Source: Chiloscyllium plagiosum (Eukaryota). Taken from it: a DNA stretch of 64,000 nt. Under the pieces are notes generated by a model. The model was not told the DNA's origin. It saw nothing but the letters and a program-made list of their open reading frames with translations, and did no database searches. This document shows, one piece after another, positions 52,450 to 64,000 of this stretch (positions are counted from its first letter, which is position 1; every line of letters begins with the position of its first letter). A program made the position numbers and the translations under genes. The DNA is taken from NCBI RefSeq assembly GCF_004010195.1, contig NC_057719.1, positions 2,737,317 through 2,801,316 of the forward strand, read 5' to 3'.

Positions 52450-52630
52450 CGCAGTGGATGTGGTGAGAGCGAGGACCAGGGGGCTGCCATGAAGGTAAGT
52501 CTTCCTCTTAAAGACATATCTCGTGAATCAGCGGACTGCATTTGCAGCAGCAGCGGGACTGGTGACAGTGAGGACCAGGGGCTGCTGGTAAAGCAGGTCT
52601 TCCTCTTAAAGACTAACCTCATGAATAGGC
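52450..52630 (+). repeat. 2 x 99-bp degenerate monomers, probable CR1 5' UTR relic
   Basis: gaggaccagggg at 52471 and 52570; each followed by gtcttcctcttaaagac; shares gaggaccag and the donor hairpin with the 108-bp monomers. Confidence 0.65.
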
Positions 52631-55600
52631 TGAGCAAAGGCTCAAACAGGAGTGGACACAGTCTCACAAAGCTAGTCCTTTTTTTCCCGTAAAAGCTGTT
52701 CCTTTGCTCAAGGAGACTCTGTCCTTGATTTTTTTTCAGAGGAGCAATAAACTGAGCTGGGCTCCGATCAGTTTGGTTTGGTACAGAGATGAAAAGGATT
52801 TTGAGAGGCCTTTTGTTTGGATGTAAACAGATTAGACTTCAGGCCAAAGTGGTCATGTTTTAGAAGTGGCCTGTATAATGAAAAGGGAGTGGTAAGCTCC
52901 AGCTGAGCCGAGCAACCTAGTTCAATCTTGAACTGGGAAGTTCAACAGGGAGCTGTGTGGAAATTCTCTCTCTTTTCTGCCCTTCAACTTCAACTTGTAA
53001 GCAGCTGTTCCATTTATACTGTTTTTTAAAAGGGAGTTTGCTTACTAAGACGATTGTGTATATTTGGAACAGCATAATTAAGTCTAGTTGAATAGATTTA
53101 CAGTTCTGTCGAGGTCCTTTATTCTGTTCTTTGTGTTTCATTGTGTAATTTTGAGAATAAATGTTTTGCCTGTTTTAAAATCTAGTAGCCAACCTCGCTA
53201 ACTTACTCCAGGTAATTTTCACTGTACACTTACCGAAACAAATTGCAAAGTTATGGTCTAGGGCTTCCTGCTGAAGAATGTTTTGAGTGGTCTGGCTTAG
53301 TCCATAACAGATTGGGGACTCTTTGCAGAATTTTAAACAACGACTGGTAGGTGTTGGAGTGTTTATTTCGGATGTTGGTTTGGTTGGATCGACAAAGCTT
53401 GGGACAGGAATGGCTCATTCAGTCACCAAAAGGTTTCTGGATGTGAATGCGGAGACTTTGGAAGTTTTGCAAAAAGTGAAAAAGACCAAGTTGCAAAAAT
53501 TAGAAGAGAAGCTGGAATTGGAACTGCCCGCTTCTGTGAGGAAAGGAGAGATAATTAAAGCAGTAGCACAGCATTTAAGCTTGCTGGAGAAACCATCAGA
53601 ATCTATAGAGATGGCAAGAATCGCAAATGAAGCAGCTTGAGTTACAGGCAAGAGATAAGGAAAGGGCAGCAGAAATTAAATAGTTTGAGTTATGATTAGG
53701 AGCAGCACAGAGGGAAAAAGAGAGCAGAGAAAGAAAAAGAGAGTGTTTGAACTTCAAAACCTGACACTTAAAAAGGAAAGTCAGCTAAAAGGCTGGAGAT
53801 AAAGGCTGAGGGTAGGCTTAGTAAGGAAGAGAATGAGGATGAGTAAGCCCCTGGTAGTCAGAAACCGAAATGAGGAACTGTTTAAGTATGTGCAAGCATT
53901 GCTTAAATTTGATGAGAAGCATGTAGAAGCTTTCATCTCATTTGAAAAGGTGCTTAAACAAATGCAATGGTCAGTGGCAATGTGGGTTTTGTTGATCCAA
54001 ATGAAAGTTGTAGGTAGGGCTAGTGAAGTTTTTGCATCACTATCAGTGAAGGTATCTGGGGTGTATCAGGAGGTCAAAAAAGCCATTTTAAGTGCATATG
54101 AGCTTGTACCAGAAGCCTATAGACAACGTTTCAGAAATCTAAGGAGGGAACCTGGTCAAATTTATCTTGAGTTTGAAAGGATCAAACACAATAATTTCAA
54201 TAGATGGATAAGAACTTTAAAAATCATGCAAATGTATGATGCCCTTAGACAGGCAATTATTTTGGAGGAATTCAAAAATTCACTGCCTCAAGTAGTGCGA
54301 ACTCAAGTGGAAGAGCAGAGAGTTAAAACAGTAAGGTTAGCAGCTGAAATGGCTGAGCAAATGATTATGAGCAAGTCCATAAAACACAGTTTGGCTTCCA
54401 GTCTATGAGGGATAGAAATTGGGGCAAAGAGAAATCCTCACGTGGAAAGGGAAAGGTAGATCTCAGTGAAGAGCACAAGGAGAACTTACCACAGGGTGAA
54501 AAAGAAACCCTTGAGGGGGACAAAGAAATTAAAAAGCTCCAGTGTTTCATTGTAGTAAAGTTGGTCACACAAAATCATAGTGTTGGTGGGCTAGGAGAAA
54601 GCCAGATGTAGGAAAACCAGACAAGCCTGGAAGTTTTGTTGAACTCGTAACAAAAAACACAAGGGAAGTGAGACAACTGCCTCAGAGTGTACAAGATATT
54701 CAAAGGTTGATTAAGAAGGAAATGCCAGATATGCTTAAAAAATATACATGCAAGGGTAAAGTTTATTCACATAGGCCAGGAGTAGCAGGTAAGGAGATTA
54801 CAATATTTAGGGACACAAGATCATCTCAGTCTGCAATGCTGAAGGATAAGGAGTTATGCATTCCTGAGGGTCTATTGCCAGAGAAGGTACTGGTAACAGG
54901 AATTCATGGTGAGACATAAATTGCTCAATTATGTAAAGTGAGGCTAGAAAGTTCAGAGAAGAGTGGAAAATTTGTGGTAAGAGTATTGGACAAACTCTCA
55001 GCTCCAGGAGTACAATTTGATATACCTGATCCACTGGTAGATGTGCTGCCTACTCGAGTTGAAAAGCCAATGGAGACGCAGGCAATTGAAGACATGGAGA
55101 ATGTTTATCCAGGAATTTTCCCTGATTATGTGATCATAAGATCACAGAGGAAACAAGCTGAAGCAGGAGAGATCAAAAGGCACAAATAAGGAAGCTGACA
55201 TACAGTTATTCAAAACTTTCTTCCATCAGATAAGTGGAACAGAGAAGGAGCAAAGAGGAAAACATGTAAGCATCTTTAGCTCCACTAAGCTGAGTAAATT
55301 ACAGCAGAAAGACGAGGAGTGAAAACAGTTATATCAAAAGACAGTAACTGAGAAAGAAAGTGAACACATGCCCGTGTGTTATTACTTAACAAATGATGTC
55401 TTAATGAAGAAATTGAGACCATCACATGTTCAAGCAGATGAGGAATGGGCAGAGATTCATCAAATTGTTTTGCCAGTAGGTGGTGCGACTGTCGCATGAG
55501 CTACCCCTTGGAGGTCTTTTAGGGGTGAGGAAAACACAGGTTAAAATACAAAGACATTTTTACTGGCCTGGACGGCACAAAGATGTGGTTGAATTTTGCC

Positions 55601-55663
55601 AGATGTGTCATACATGTCAGCTAATTGGAAAACCACAGGCAGCAATAAAACCTGCACCTTTAA

Positions 55664-56600
55664 CCCCTTCCCCGGTGACTTTTTTTGGAGAAAACATTTC
55701 CTTTTTAGACAAATTTTTTTATTGCTTTTTTTTATAGTATTTTTAATGCTGATTATGGAAATAACTTTTGTTTTTATCTATTTCCAATGTTTTACTTGAA
55801 ATTTTATTTTGAAGATACCAGTTTCGGCAAAAAAAACTGGTCTTTCAAGTAGTTCATCTTTCGACCAGTTCATTTCTTGATCTGGCATTTTCACAATACC
55901 CCCAAGCATTTTCAAGGTGAAAAACACATAAATTTCTGCCTTTGTTACAGGGCGCCACATACAATCTCTTTCTCCAGTTTGTTCAGCAAAGCGATTAGTT
56001 TCTTCCACAACTCGATCAATAATTCTGTTGTCACATAAAAGACTAAAAAAATCCAAAGGAGTCATATCAGCTATGTCTTGATCAATTGATATTCCAGGAT
56101 TTCCAGTGAATGGGAAGCGTGGTGGTGCAGGAAGCATGCATTCTTCTGACACCACATGTCGACACCAAATTCGTCCATCCTCCTCTTCTTCCTCCTCCTC
56201 ACTTGAGAGAGAATAGCCATTATCAGACGAGCTTGCACTCTCATCTGATGTATCCAAGCTTCTAATAGAAGGTTCATACTCATTGTCATCTTCTGAGCTC
56301 GACATCTGGGCATAATTTGTAAAATAAAACACAGAAAAAACCGAATGACAGTGTGTGCCCAAAAGCGGTGCGTCAATGCTTCTTTCAATGCCTGAGGCGG
56401 AAGAGACACAGCTACCAGACGTATGAGTCACCGAGTTTACTCGTTTCTAGCTGCGAAGGGCCAAGAAATGCCGAGAATTGACGTATAAACTCGTCTGTGG
56501 CTGTTCTTGAAATTATATGTTTTTGACAAGTTTACTCGTCACACTCTGAAAAAGACAAATTGGGTGAAGACAAGTTAACTCGTCTTTGCCGGGTAAGGGG
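55664..56600 (-). mobile_element. Internally deleted piggyBac transposon (937 bp)
   Basis: TTAA TSDs at 55660-55663 and 56601-56604; TIRs ccccttccccgg / ccgggtaagggg; ORF 55778-56431 encodes an acidic N-terminus and FTGNPGI...TPLDFFSL...VEETNRFA...WRPVTKAEIYVF (PGBD4-like). Confidence 0.95.
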
Positions 56601-57321
56601 TTAATATCTATTCCAGCATTTGAGGATTCTTTCTCAAGAGTCTTGATTGATTGTGTAGGTCCCTTACCTCAAACAAAAAGTGGGAATAAATATTTATTAA
56701 TAATAATGGATGGGTCGACTAGATTTCCAGAGGCAATCCCAACACGCAACATCACAGCTAAAAGGGTTTTAGAAGAATTACTTAAAACTTTTACTAGATA
56801 CAGACTACCAATAGAGATTCAGTCAGATCAAGGATTAAACTTCACATCCAAACTATTCACGGAGGTTATGGATAACTTGTGAATAAAGCAATTCACTCTA
56901 CTGTGAACCATCCGGAATCTCAAGCGAGATGGCATCAAACACTAAAGACCATGTTGAGAGCCTATGGTCAGATTATCCAGATGATTGGGATAAGGGAGTT
57001 CCGTTTGTACTTTTAGTGATCAGAGCTGCACGAAATGAATCAACCAAAATCAGTTCATTTCAATTAATTTTTGGGCATGAAGTAAGAGGTCCGTTAAAAT
57101 TAATTCAGGAGAAATTAATAAGTCAGAATTCAGAGGCCACCCATTTGGACTATGTGTCAAATTTTAGAGAACAATTAAATAGAGCTAGAGAGTTGGCTAG
57201 ACAGCATTTAGAAATATCACAGCATACAATGCAACTGGAAGCAGATAAGAAATCGCAAATTCACAACTTTGCAATTGGGGATTACCTCCAGTAACAGGTG
57301 AGCCTTTAAAAGCAAGGTTTA

Positions 57322-60300
57322 GAACATAGAACATAGAAAAGTACAGCACAGAACATGCCCTTCGGACCACAATATTGTGCAGAGGTTTAATCCTAATGTA
57401 ATATATAATAACTACGCACCCCTCAACTCACTGCTATTCATGTGCATGTCCAGCAGTCACTTAAATGTTCCTTAAATGTTTACATAGAACATAACAGCGC
57501 CCTTCGGCTCTCGATGTTGCGCCGACCTGTCATACCAATCTGAAGCCCATCTAACCTACGCTATTCCATGTACGTCCATATGCTTGAGGAGAAAGTGAGG
57601 TCTGCAGATGCTGGAGATCAGAGCTGGAAATGTGTTGCTGGAAAAGCGCAGCAGGTCAGGCAGCATCCAAGGAACAGGAGAATCGACGTTTCGGGCATAA
57701 GCCCTTCTTCAGGAATGGGGAACGTTTGTCCAGCAGGCTAAGATAAAAGGTAGGGAGGAGGGACTTGGGGGAGGGGCGTCGGAAATGTGATAGGTGAGCT
57801 TCTGTGCAGAGGAGATGACCTGGGGGGTGCAGTGAGAGAGGGACTCACTGAAATCTTTGTAGAGGGAGGAAGAGAGCTTCTTCAAGGAAGGCATCCTTGT
57901 AAGAGGATTCGCAGTAAATGACGACTTAAATGTACTTAAAGTTGGCGAATCTACTACCGTTGCAGGCAAAGCATTCCATACCCTTACTACTCTGAGTAAA
58001 GAAACTACCTCTGACATCTGTCCTATATCTATCACCCCTCAATTTAAAGCTATGCCCCCTCGTGCTCGCCGTCACCATACTTGGGAAAACGGTCTCCCTG
58101 TCCACCCTATCTAACCCTCTGATTATCTTATATGTCTCTATTAAGTCACCTCNNNNNNNNNNNNNNNNNNNNNNNNNNNNNNNNNNNNNNNNNNNNNNNN
58201 NNNNNNNNNNNNNNNNNNNNNNNNNNNNNNNNNNNNNNNNNNNNNNNNNNNNNNNNNNNNNNNNNNNNNNNNNNNNNNNNNNNNNNNNNNNNNNNNNNNN
58301 NNNNNNNNNNNNNNNNNNNNNNNNNNNNNNNNNNNNNNNNNNNNNNNNNNNNNNNNNNNNNNNNNNNNNNNNNNNNNNNNNNNNNNNNNNNNNNNNNNNN
58401 NNNNNNNNNNNNNNNNNNNNNNNNNNNNNNNNNNNNNNNNNNNNNNNNNNNNNNNNNNNNNNNNNNNNNNNNNNNNNNNNNNNNNNTGGACACCGAGATC
58501 TCTCTGCTCATCTACACTACCAAGAATCTTACCATTAGCCCAGTACTTTGCATTGCGGTTACTCCGACCAAAGTGAATCACCTCGCACTTGTCCACATTA
58601 AACTCTATTTGCCACCTCTCAGCCCAGCTCTGCAATTTATCTATGTCTCTCTGTAACCTTCAACATCCTTCGTCACTATCCACAATTCTACCGACCTTAG
58701 TGTTGTCTGCAAATTTACTAACCCACCCTTCTACACCCTCATCCAGGTCATTTATGAAAAAGACGAATAGCAGTGGACCCAACACCAACCCTTGCAGTAC
58801 ACCACTGGTAACTGGACTCCAGGATGAACATTTCCATCAACCACCACCCTCTGTCTTCTTTCAGCAAGCCAATTACTGATCCAAACTGCTATATCTCCCA
58901 CAATCCCATTCCTCCGCATTTTGTACAATAGCCTACTGTGGGGAATCTTATCGAACGCCTTGCTGAAATCCATATACACCACATCAACCAGGTTACTTTC
59001 ATTTACCTGTTTGGTCACCTTCTCAAAGAACTCAATAAGGTTTGTGAGGCATGACCTACCCTTCACAAAACCGTGCCGAATATCCCTAATCAAATTATTC
59101 TTTTCTAGATGATTATAAATCCTATATCTTATAACCTTTGCCAACATTTTACCAACAACTGAAGTAAGGCTCACTGGTCTATAATTACTTGGATTGTCTC
59201 TACTCCCCTTCTTGAACAGGGGAACCACATTTGCTATCCTCAAGTCTTCTGGCACTATTTCTGTAGATAATGACGATTTAAAGATCAATGCCAAAGGCTT
59301 GGCAATCTCCTCCCTGGCTTCCCAGAGGATCCTAGGATAAATCTCATCCGGCACTTATTTATTTTCACACTCTGCAGGATTTCTAATACCTCTACCTTGT
59401 GAACCTCATATCTCAGTATTCTCCTTGACAACATTGTCCATTTCTAGAGTGAATAATGTCAAAAAATATTCATTGTGCTTCCCCTATCTCCTCTGACTCC
59501 ACACACAACTTCCCACTACTATCCTTGATTGGCTCTAATCTTACTCTCGCCATTCTTTTATTCCTTAAATACCTATAGAAAGCCTTAGGGTTTAACTCGA
59601 TCCTATCTGCCAACAACTTCTCATGTGTCCTCCTGGCTCTTTGAGCTCTCTCTTTAGGTCTTTCCTGGCTACCTTGTAACCCTCAAGCACCCTAACTGAG
59701 CCTTCACATCTCATTCTAACATAAATCTTCTTCTTCCTCTTGACCAGAGACTTCACTTCCTTCGTAAACCACGGCTCCCATGCTCCATAGTTTCCTCCCT
59801 GCCTGACAGATACATACTTATCTAGGACACAAGGAGCTTTTCCTTGAATAAGCTCCATATTTCTAATGTGCCCATCCCCTGCAGTTTCCTTCTCCATCCT
59901 ATGCTTCCTAAATCTTGCCTAATCGCATCGTAATTGCCTTTCCCCCAGCTGTAACTCTTGCCCAGTGGTATACACCTATCCCTTTCTATCACTAAAGTAA
60001 ACATAACAGAATTGTGATTGCTATCACCAAAGTGCTCACCTACTTCCAAGTCTAACACCTGGCCGGGCTCATTACCCAGTACCAAATCTAATGTGGCTTC
60101 GCCTCTTGTTGGCCTGTCTACATACTGTGTCAGGAAGCCCTCCTGCACACACTGGACAAAAACTGACCCATCTATGTAGTGTTCCCAGTCAATATTTGGA
60201 AAGTTGAAGTCCCCCATGACAACTACCCTGTCTCTCTCACTCCTATTGAGAATCATCTTTGCTATCCTTATCTCTACATCTCTGGAACTATTCGGAGGCC

Positions 60301-60765
60301 TATAGAAAACTCCCAACAGGGTGACCTCTCCTTTCCTGTTTCTTACCTCAGCCCATACTACCTCAGTTGACGAGTGCCCAAACATCCTTTCTGCAACTGT
60401 AATACTGTCCTTGATCAACAATGCCACACCCCCACCTCTTTTACCACTTCTGTGTTCTTACTGAAACATCTAAATCCTGGAACCTGCAACAACCATTCCT
60501 GTCCCAGCTCTATCCATGTCTTTGAAATGGCCACAACATCGAAGTCCCAGATACCATCCCATGCTGCAAGCTCACCCACCTTATTCCGGATGCTCCTGGC
60601 TTTGAGTAGACACACTTCAAACCAACTTCTTGCTTGCAGGTGCCATCTTGCATCCCTGAAACTTGATTTCGGACCTCCCTACTCTCAACCTTTTCTATAC
60701 TTGAATTACAATTTTGGTTCCCAGCCCCCTGCTGGATTAGTTTAAACCCACCCCAATAGCCTTAG
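57322..60765 (-). mobile_element. CR1 LINE (ORF2 + 3' ends) nested in the Gypsy integrase; contains a PLE fragment at about 57586-57915
   Basis: ORFs 59822-60427 (APE: GVFYRPPNS, MGDFNFPNIDW) and 58752-59354 (RT); two consecutive agaacatagaac tails at about 57322 and 57482. Confidence 0.92.
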
Positions 60766-61240
60766 CCACCCATCCTCCTCCTCTAACCAAAAGAAAATGT
60801 TCTGTGCGCCAGATTGGTAAGGTAACACGTTTATTTTTTATTCCTTATTTTTTCAACAGTCTCTTTGGGAATTTTGAATAGTGGAAATGGAGGTTAGGGC
60901 AGTTGAATGTTCCTCCTGCAGAATGTGGGAGGATAGGGTCACCACTAGTGTCCCTGCTGACTACATATGCGGGAAGTGCACCCAACTCCAGCTCCTCGAA
61001 AGCCACGTTAGGGAACTGGAGCTGGATGAACTTCGGATCATTCGGGATGCAGAGGGAGTTATTGAGAGGAGTTACAGGGAGGTAGTCACTTCTAATGTAC
61101 AAGAAAAAGGCACATGGTTACAGTCAGGGGACGGAAAGGGAACCGGTTATCCCCTCAACAATAAGTATACCGTTTTGGATACTGTTGGCACCGGCAAGCA
61201 AGATGTTGGTTTGAAGTGTGTCTACTTCAATGCCAGGAGC
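60766..61240 (+). mobile_element. Inverted CR1 5' piece (UTR, ORF1 N-terminus, start of ORF2)
   Basis: MEVRAVECSSCRMWE...CGKCTQLQLL; then GLKCVYFNARSI, the inverse of about 60586-60640. Confidence 0.85.
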
Positions 61241-61475
61241 ATCTGGGTAATGCAAACACCTTATCAAATTGAGAAGAAATTGAGTGAGGTGAACTACTTG
61301 ATAAGGACTCCAGACAGGAAGAAATCTCACAGAGTGTGTCATGTGAGTATGCTCAAAGGATATTTTGATAGGGAAGGAAAGTAAGAGGGGAAGGTGTTAG
61401 TTATTACAGCACAGAAGGAAGAACCAAGTTCAGAGCATTCTGAATTGGACATTCCTCACATCAAATTGGACAATG

Positions 61476-61626
61476 AGGAAGTTGTCAAAAATTGGGACAA
61501 ATCATGAGTTACCTTCTACAAGAAAATCAAAATGACCTGGAAGAGTTATTAGGAAGTTGTCAAAAATTGGGACAATCATTGAGTTACCTTCTACAAGAAA
61601 ATCAAAATGACCTGGAAGAGTTATTA
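61476..61626 (+). repeat. Tandem duplication, 2 x 75 bp, in Gypsy pol
   Basis: aggaagttgtcaaaaattgggacaa at 61476 and 61551. Confidence 0.9.
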
Positions 61627-62289
61627 CTGTCACATGGGGACATATGTGGAAATAAACTGGGAAGTACTAACCTAATTGTGCATGATGTAGATGTAGGGAG
61701 ATGCTGTTTCGATTAAGCAACATCCTTATAGGCATAACCCTCTAAAGTTGGAAGAGGTTCAGTAGGAGATAGAGCGCATTCTCCAAGATGACACAATGAA
61801 AGTGAGTTAGTGACTTGAGCTCACCCATAGTCATGGTGCCAAAGCATGGTACACAACGGTTACATGTGAACTATCGCAAAGCCAACGCTGTTACAAAGAC
61901 TGATGCATATCCAATTCCACAGTTACAGAACGGAGTTGAAAAGTGGGACAAACTTACATTCGAAGTTGGACTTGCTCAGAGACTACTGGCATGTACCTCT
62001 GTCAGAGAGAGCAAAAGCAATTTCGGCTTTCGTAATGACAAATGGGCTATATCAGTTCAAAGTTATGCCATTTGGAATGAAAAACGCTCCAGCCACATTT
62101 CAGAGACTAATAAGGTCATTGCCAGGTTACCCAATTGTGAGGTGTACATTGATGACCTGGTGATTGTCAGTCACTCATGGAAGGAACATTTATAGCATTT
62201 ATTGGACTTGTTCGATCAGCTTTGAAAGGCAGGTTTGGTGGTAAACCTAGCTAAAAATGAATTTGCCAAATCCCAAGTCACTTTCCTTT

Positions 62290-64000
62290 TGACAAGAAGA
62301 TCCTCTGTTCTCATCATCCAAATTTACACATCACCCGCAACAACTGCTCCTTAAACAGTCTCCACATGTCTGATGTGCCCTTTCTGTGGAACAATTCCTC
62401 CCAATCTGTTCTTCCCAACTCCTGTCTGATAGCGTCATAATTTCCTTTTCCATAATTAAATATTTTCCATGGTAACTGCTCCTTTCCCTTTCCATGGCTA
62501 TGGTAAATGTGAGGCAGTTGTGGTCACTGTCACCAAAGTGTTTTCCCACTGCGAGATCTGACACCTACCCTGGATCACTGCTGAGCACCAAATCCAAAAT
62601 GGCCTCTCCCCTCATCAGCCTGTGTACATTCTGTGTAAGGAAACACTCCTGAACACACCTGACAAAAACAGCTCCATCGAAACCATCTGTACTAAGGAGG
62701 TTCCAATCAATATTGTGAAAGTTGAAGTCACCCATAACAACAACTGTCCTACATCTGCACTTTTCCAAAATCAGCCAGCCTGCATTCTTCAATCTCCCTA
62801 CTGCTATTAGGAGGTCTGTAGAAGACCCCCAATGAGGTGACTACTCCCTTGCTGTTCCTAATTTCCACCCATACTGACTCAGTAGACAAATCTTCCTGAA
62901 CAACCTTCATTACAGCTGTGATGCACTCTCTGATTAATAATGCTACACCCCCTCCTCTTTTTCCACCCTCCCTGTTCTTCTTAAATGTTCTAAACCCTAG
63001 AACATCTAGCAACCATTCCTGCCTCTGTGAAACCCACGTTTCCGTAATGGCCACAACATCACAGTCCCAAGTACTGATCCATGCTCTAAGTTCGTCACTC
63101 TTATTTCTGAAATTCCTTGTGTTAAAGCAGACACACTTTAACCGATCCCTTTGTTCTATCACATGAAAAACCTTCCCGATAGATTTAATACATCCTGTCA
63201 CTGCCTCATCTACAACTATCCTCCCCGCTTACATTTTCCCACCTCCACCCCTTCCAAACTAGTTTAGACCCTCCCAAATCACTCGAGTAAATCTCCCACC
63301 CAGGACATTTCTGCCCCTCTAATTCAGGTGCAACACATCCTTCATGTACATGTTCCACCTTCTCCAGAAGGCATCCTATTGGTCTAGTTATCTGAAGTCT
63401 ACCCTCCTGCACCAGCTGGGCAGCCACATGTTAAGCTGCACTCGCTGCCTGTTCTTTACCTCATTGTCTCGTGGCACCAGTAGCAAACCTGAGAACTCTA
63501 CTGTACTCGTCCTGTTCTTCAACTTCAATTCCAGCTGTCTGTAGTCACTTTTCAGATCCTTTCCTGGCTATGTCATTGGTGCCAATATGTACCACGATTT
63601 CTGGCTGCTCGCCCTCCCCCTTTAGAATCTTGTTAACCCGATCGACAACATCCTGGACCCTGGCACCAGGGAGGCAACATACTTTCCGGGAGTCCTGTTC
63701 CTGACCACAAAATCTCTCGTCAATCTGTTTAACTACTGAGTCCCCTGCCAATAGCGCTTTTCTATTCTCGCCTCCCTTCCCTTCTGAGCCTCAGTGCCAG
63801 AGACCTTACAACTATGGCTTTCCCCTAGTAGGCCGTCCCCACCAGCAGTATCCAAAACTGTATACTTATTGCTGAGGGTAATGGCCACAGGGGATCCCTG
63901 CTCTGTCTGTCGGTTCCCTTTCCGCCCCCTGACTGTAACCCAGCTGTCCTTATCCTGCGCCTGAGTAGTGACCATGTCCCTATATATTCTCTCAATTTCC
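62290..64000 (-). mobile_element. CR1 LINE (ORF1 esterase + APE endonuclease), runs off the window
   Basis: GDSVVKQIDERFCG...CCLPGARVQDV...VVHIGTNDI; LKCVCFNTRN...DVVAITETW; GVFYRPPNS. Confidence 0.92.

Larger units (their letters stand above)
52662..62290 (+). mobile_element. Gmr1-like Ty3/Gypsy LTR retrotransposon (gag-PR-IN-RT), decayed, with nested insertions; 3' end not in the window
   Basis: 5' LTR 52662-53309, PBS-like ttggggactc; gag (AILSAYELVPEAYRQRFR, CCHC at about 54543); PR (FRDTRSSQS); IN (HELPLGG...CHTCQ, IDCVGPLP, IQSDQG; C-terminus PYQIEKKLSEVNY at about 61258); RT (VMPFGMKNAPATFQR, YIDDLVI). Confidence 0.93.

Noticed and set aside
55778..56431. Domesticated PGBD gene
   Set aside because: Truncated before the catalytic DDD core and bounded by TIRs and TTAA inside a retroelement.

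Overview
Repeat-saturated vertebrate non-genic (intergenic or intronic) DNA, most likely from a cartilaginous fish. That is an inference from the V-SINE/HE1-like and SacSINE1-like SINEs, the HER1-like CR1 LINEs and the abundant Penelope-like elements (PLEs). I found no host protein-coding exon, rRNA, tRNA or CRISPR. Nearly every ORF in the track is a decayed transposon fragment, a repeat translation or a read-through of an N gap. Contents: nested CR1 LINEs (zinc-finger/esterase ORF1, APE-RT ORF2), Rex1/Babar LINEs, an older CR1/L2-group LINE, and three or more PLE families carrying about 14 minimal hammerhead-ribozyme motifs. DNA transposons include a Tigger/pogo relic, pogo-type MITEs, a hAT relic and an internally deleted piggyBac. 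There are two LTR families; one is a Gmr1-type Gypsy (PR-IN-RT order) with the piggyBac and a CR1 nested inside it. The most striking feature is a 5.8-kb array of about 53 near-identical CpG-rich 110-bp units (27311-33122). It shares an AGGTAAGT...ACTTACCT hairpin with two other otherwise divergent ~100-bp monomer arrays (108 bp at 44.95-45.68 kb, directly upstream of a CR1 ORF1; 99 bp at 52.45 kb). This suggests CR1 5' ends built from tandem promoter monomers, each holding a self-sequestered splice donor. Boundaries without a cited TSD or TIR are approximate, and family names come from motif recognition, not database searches.
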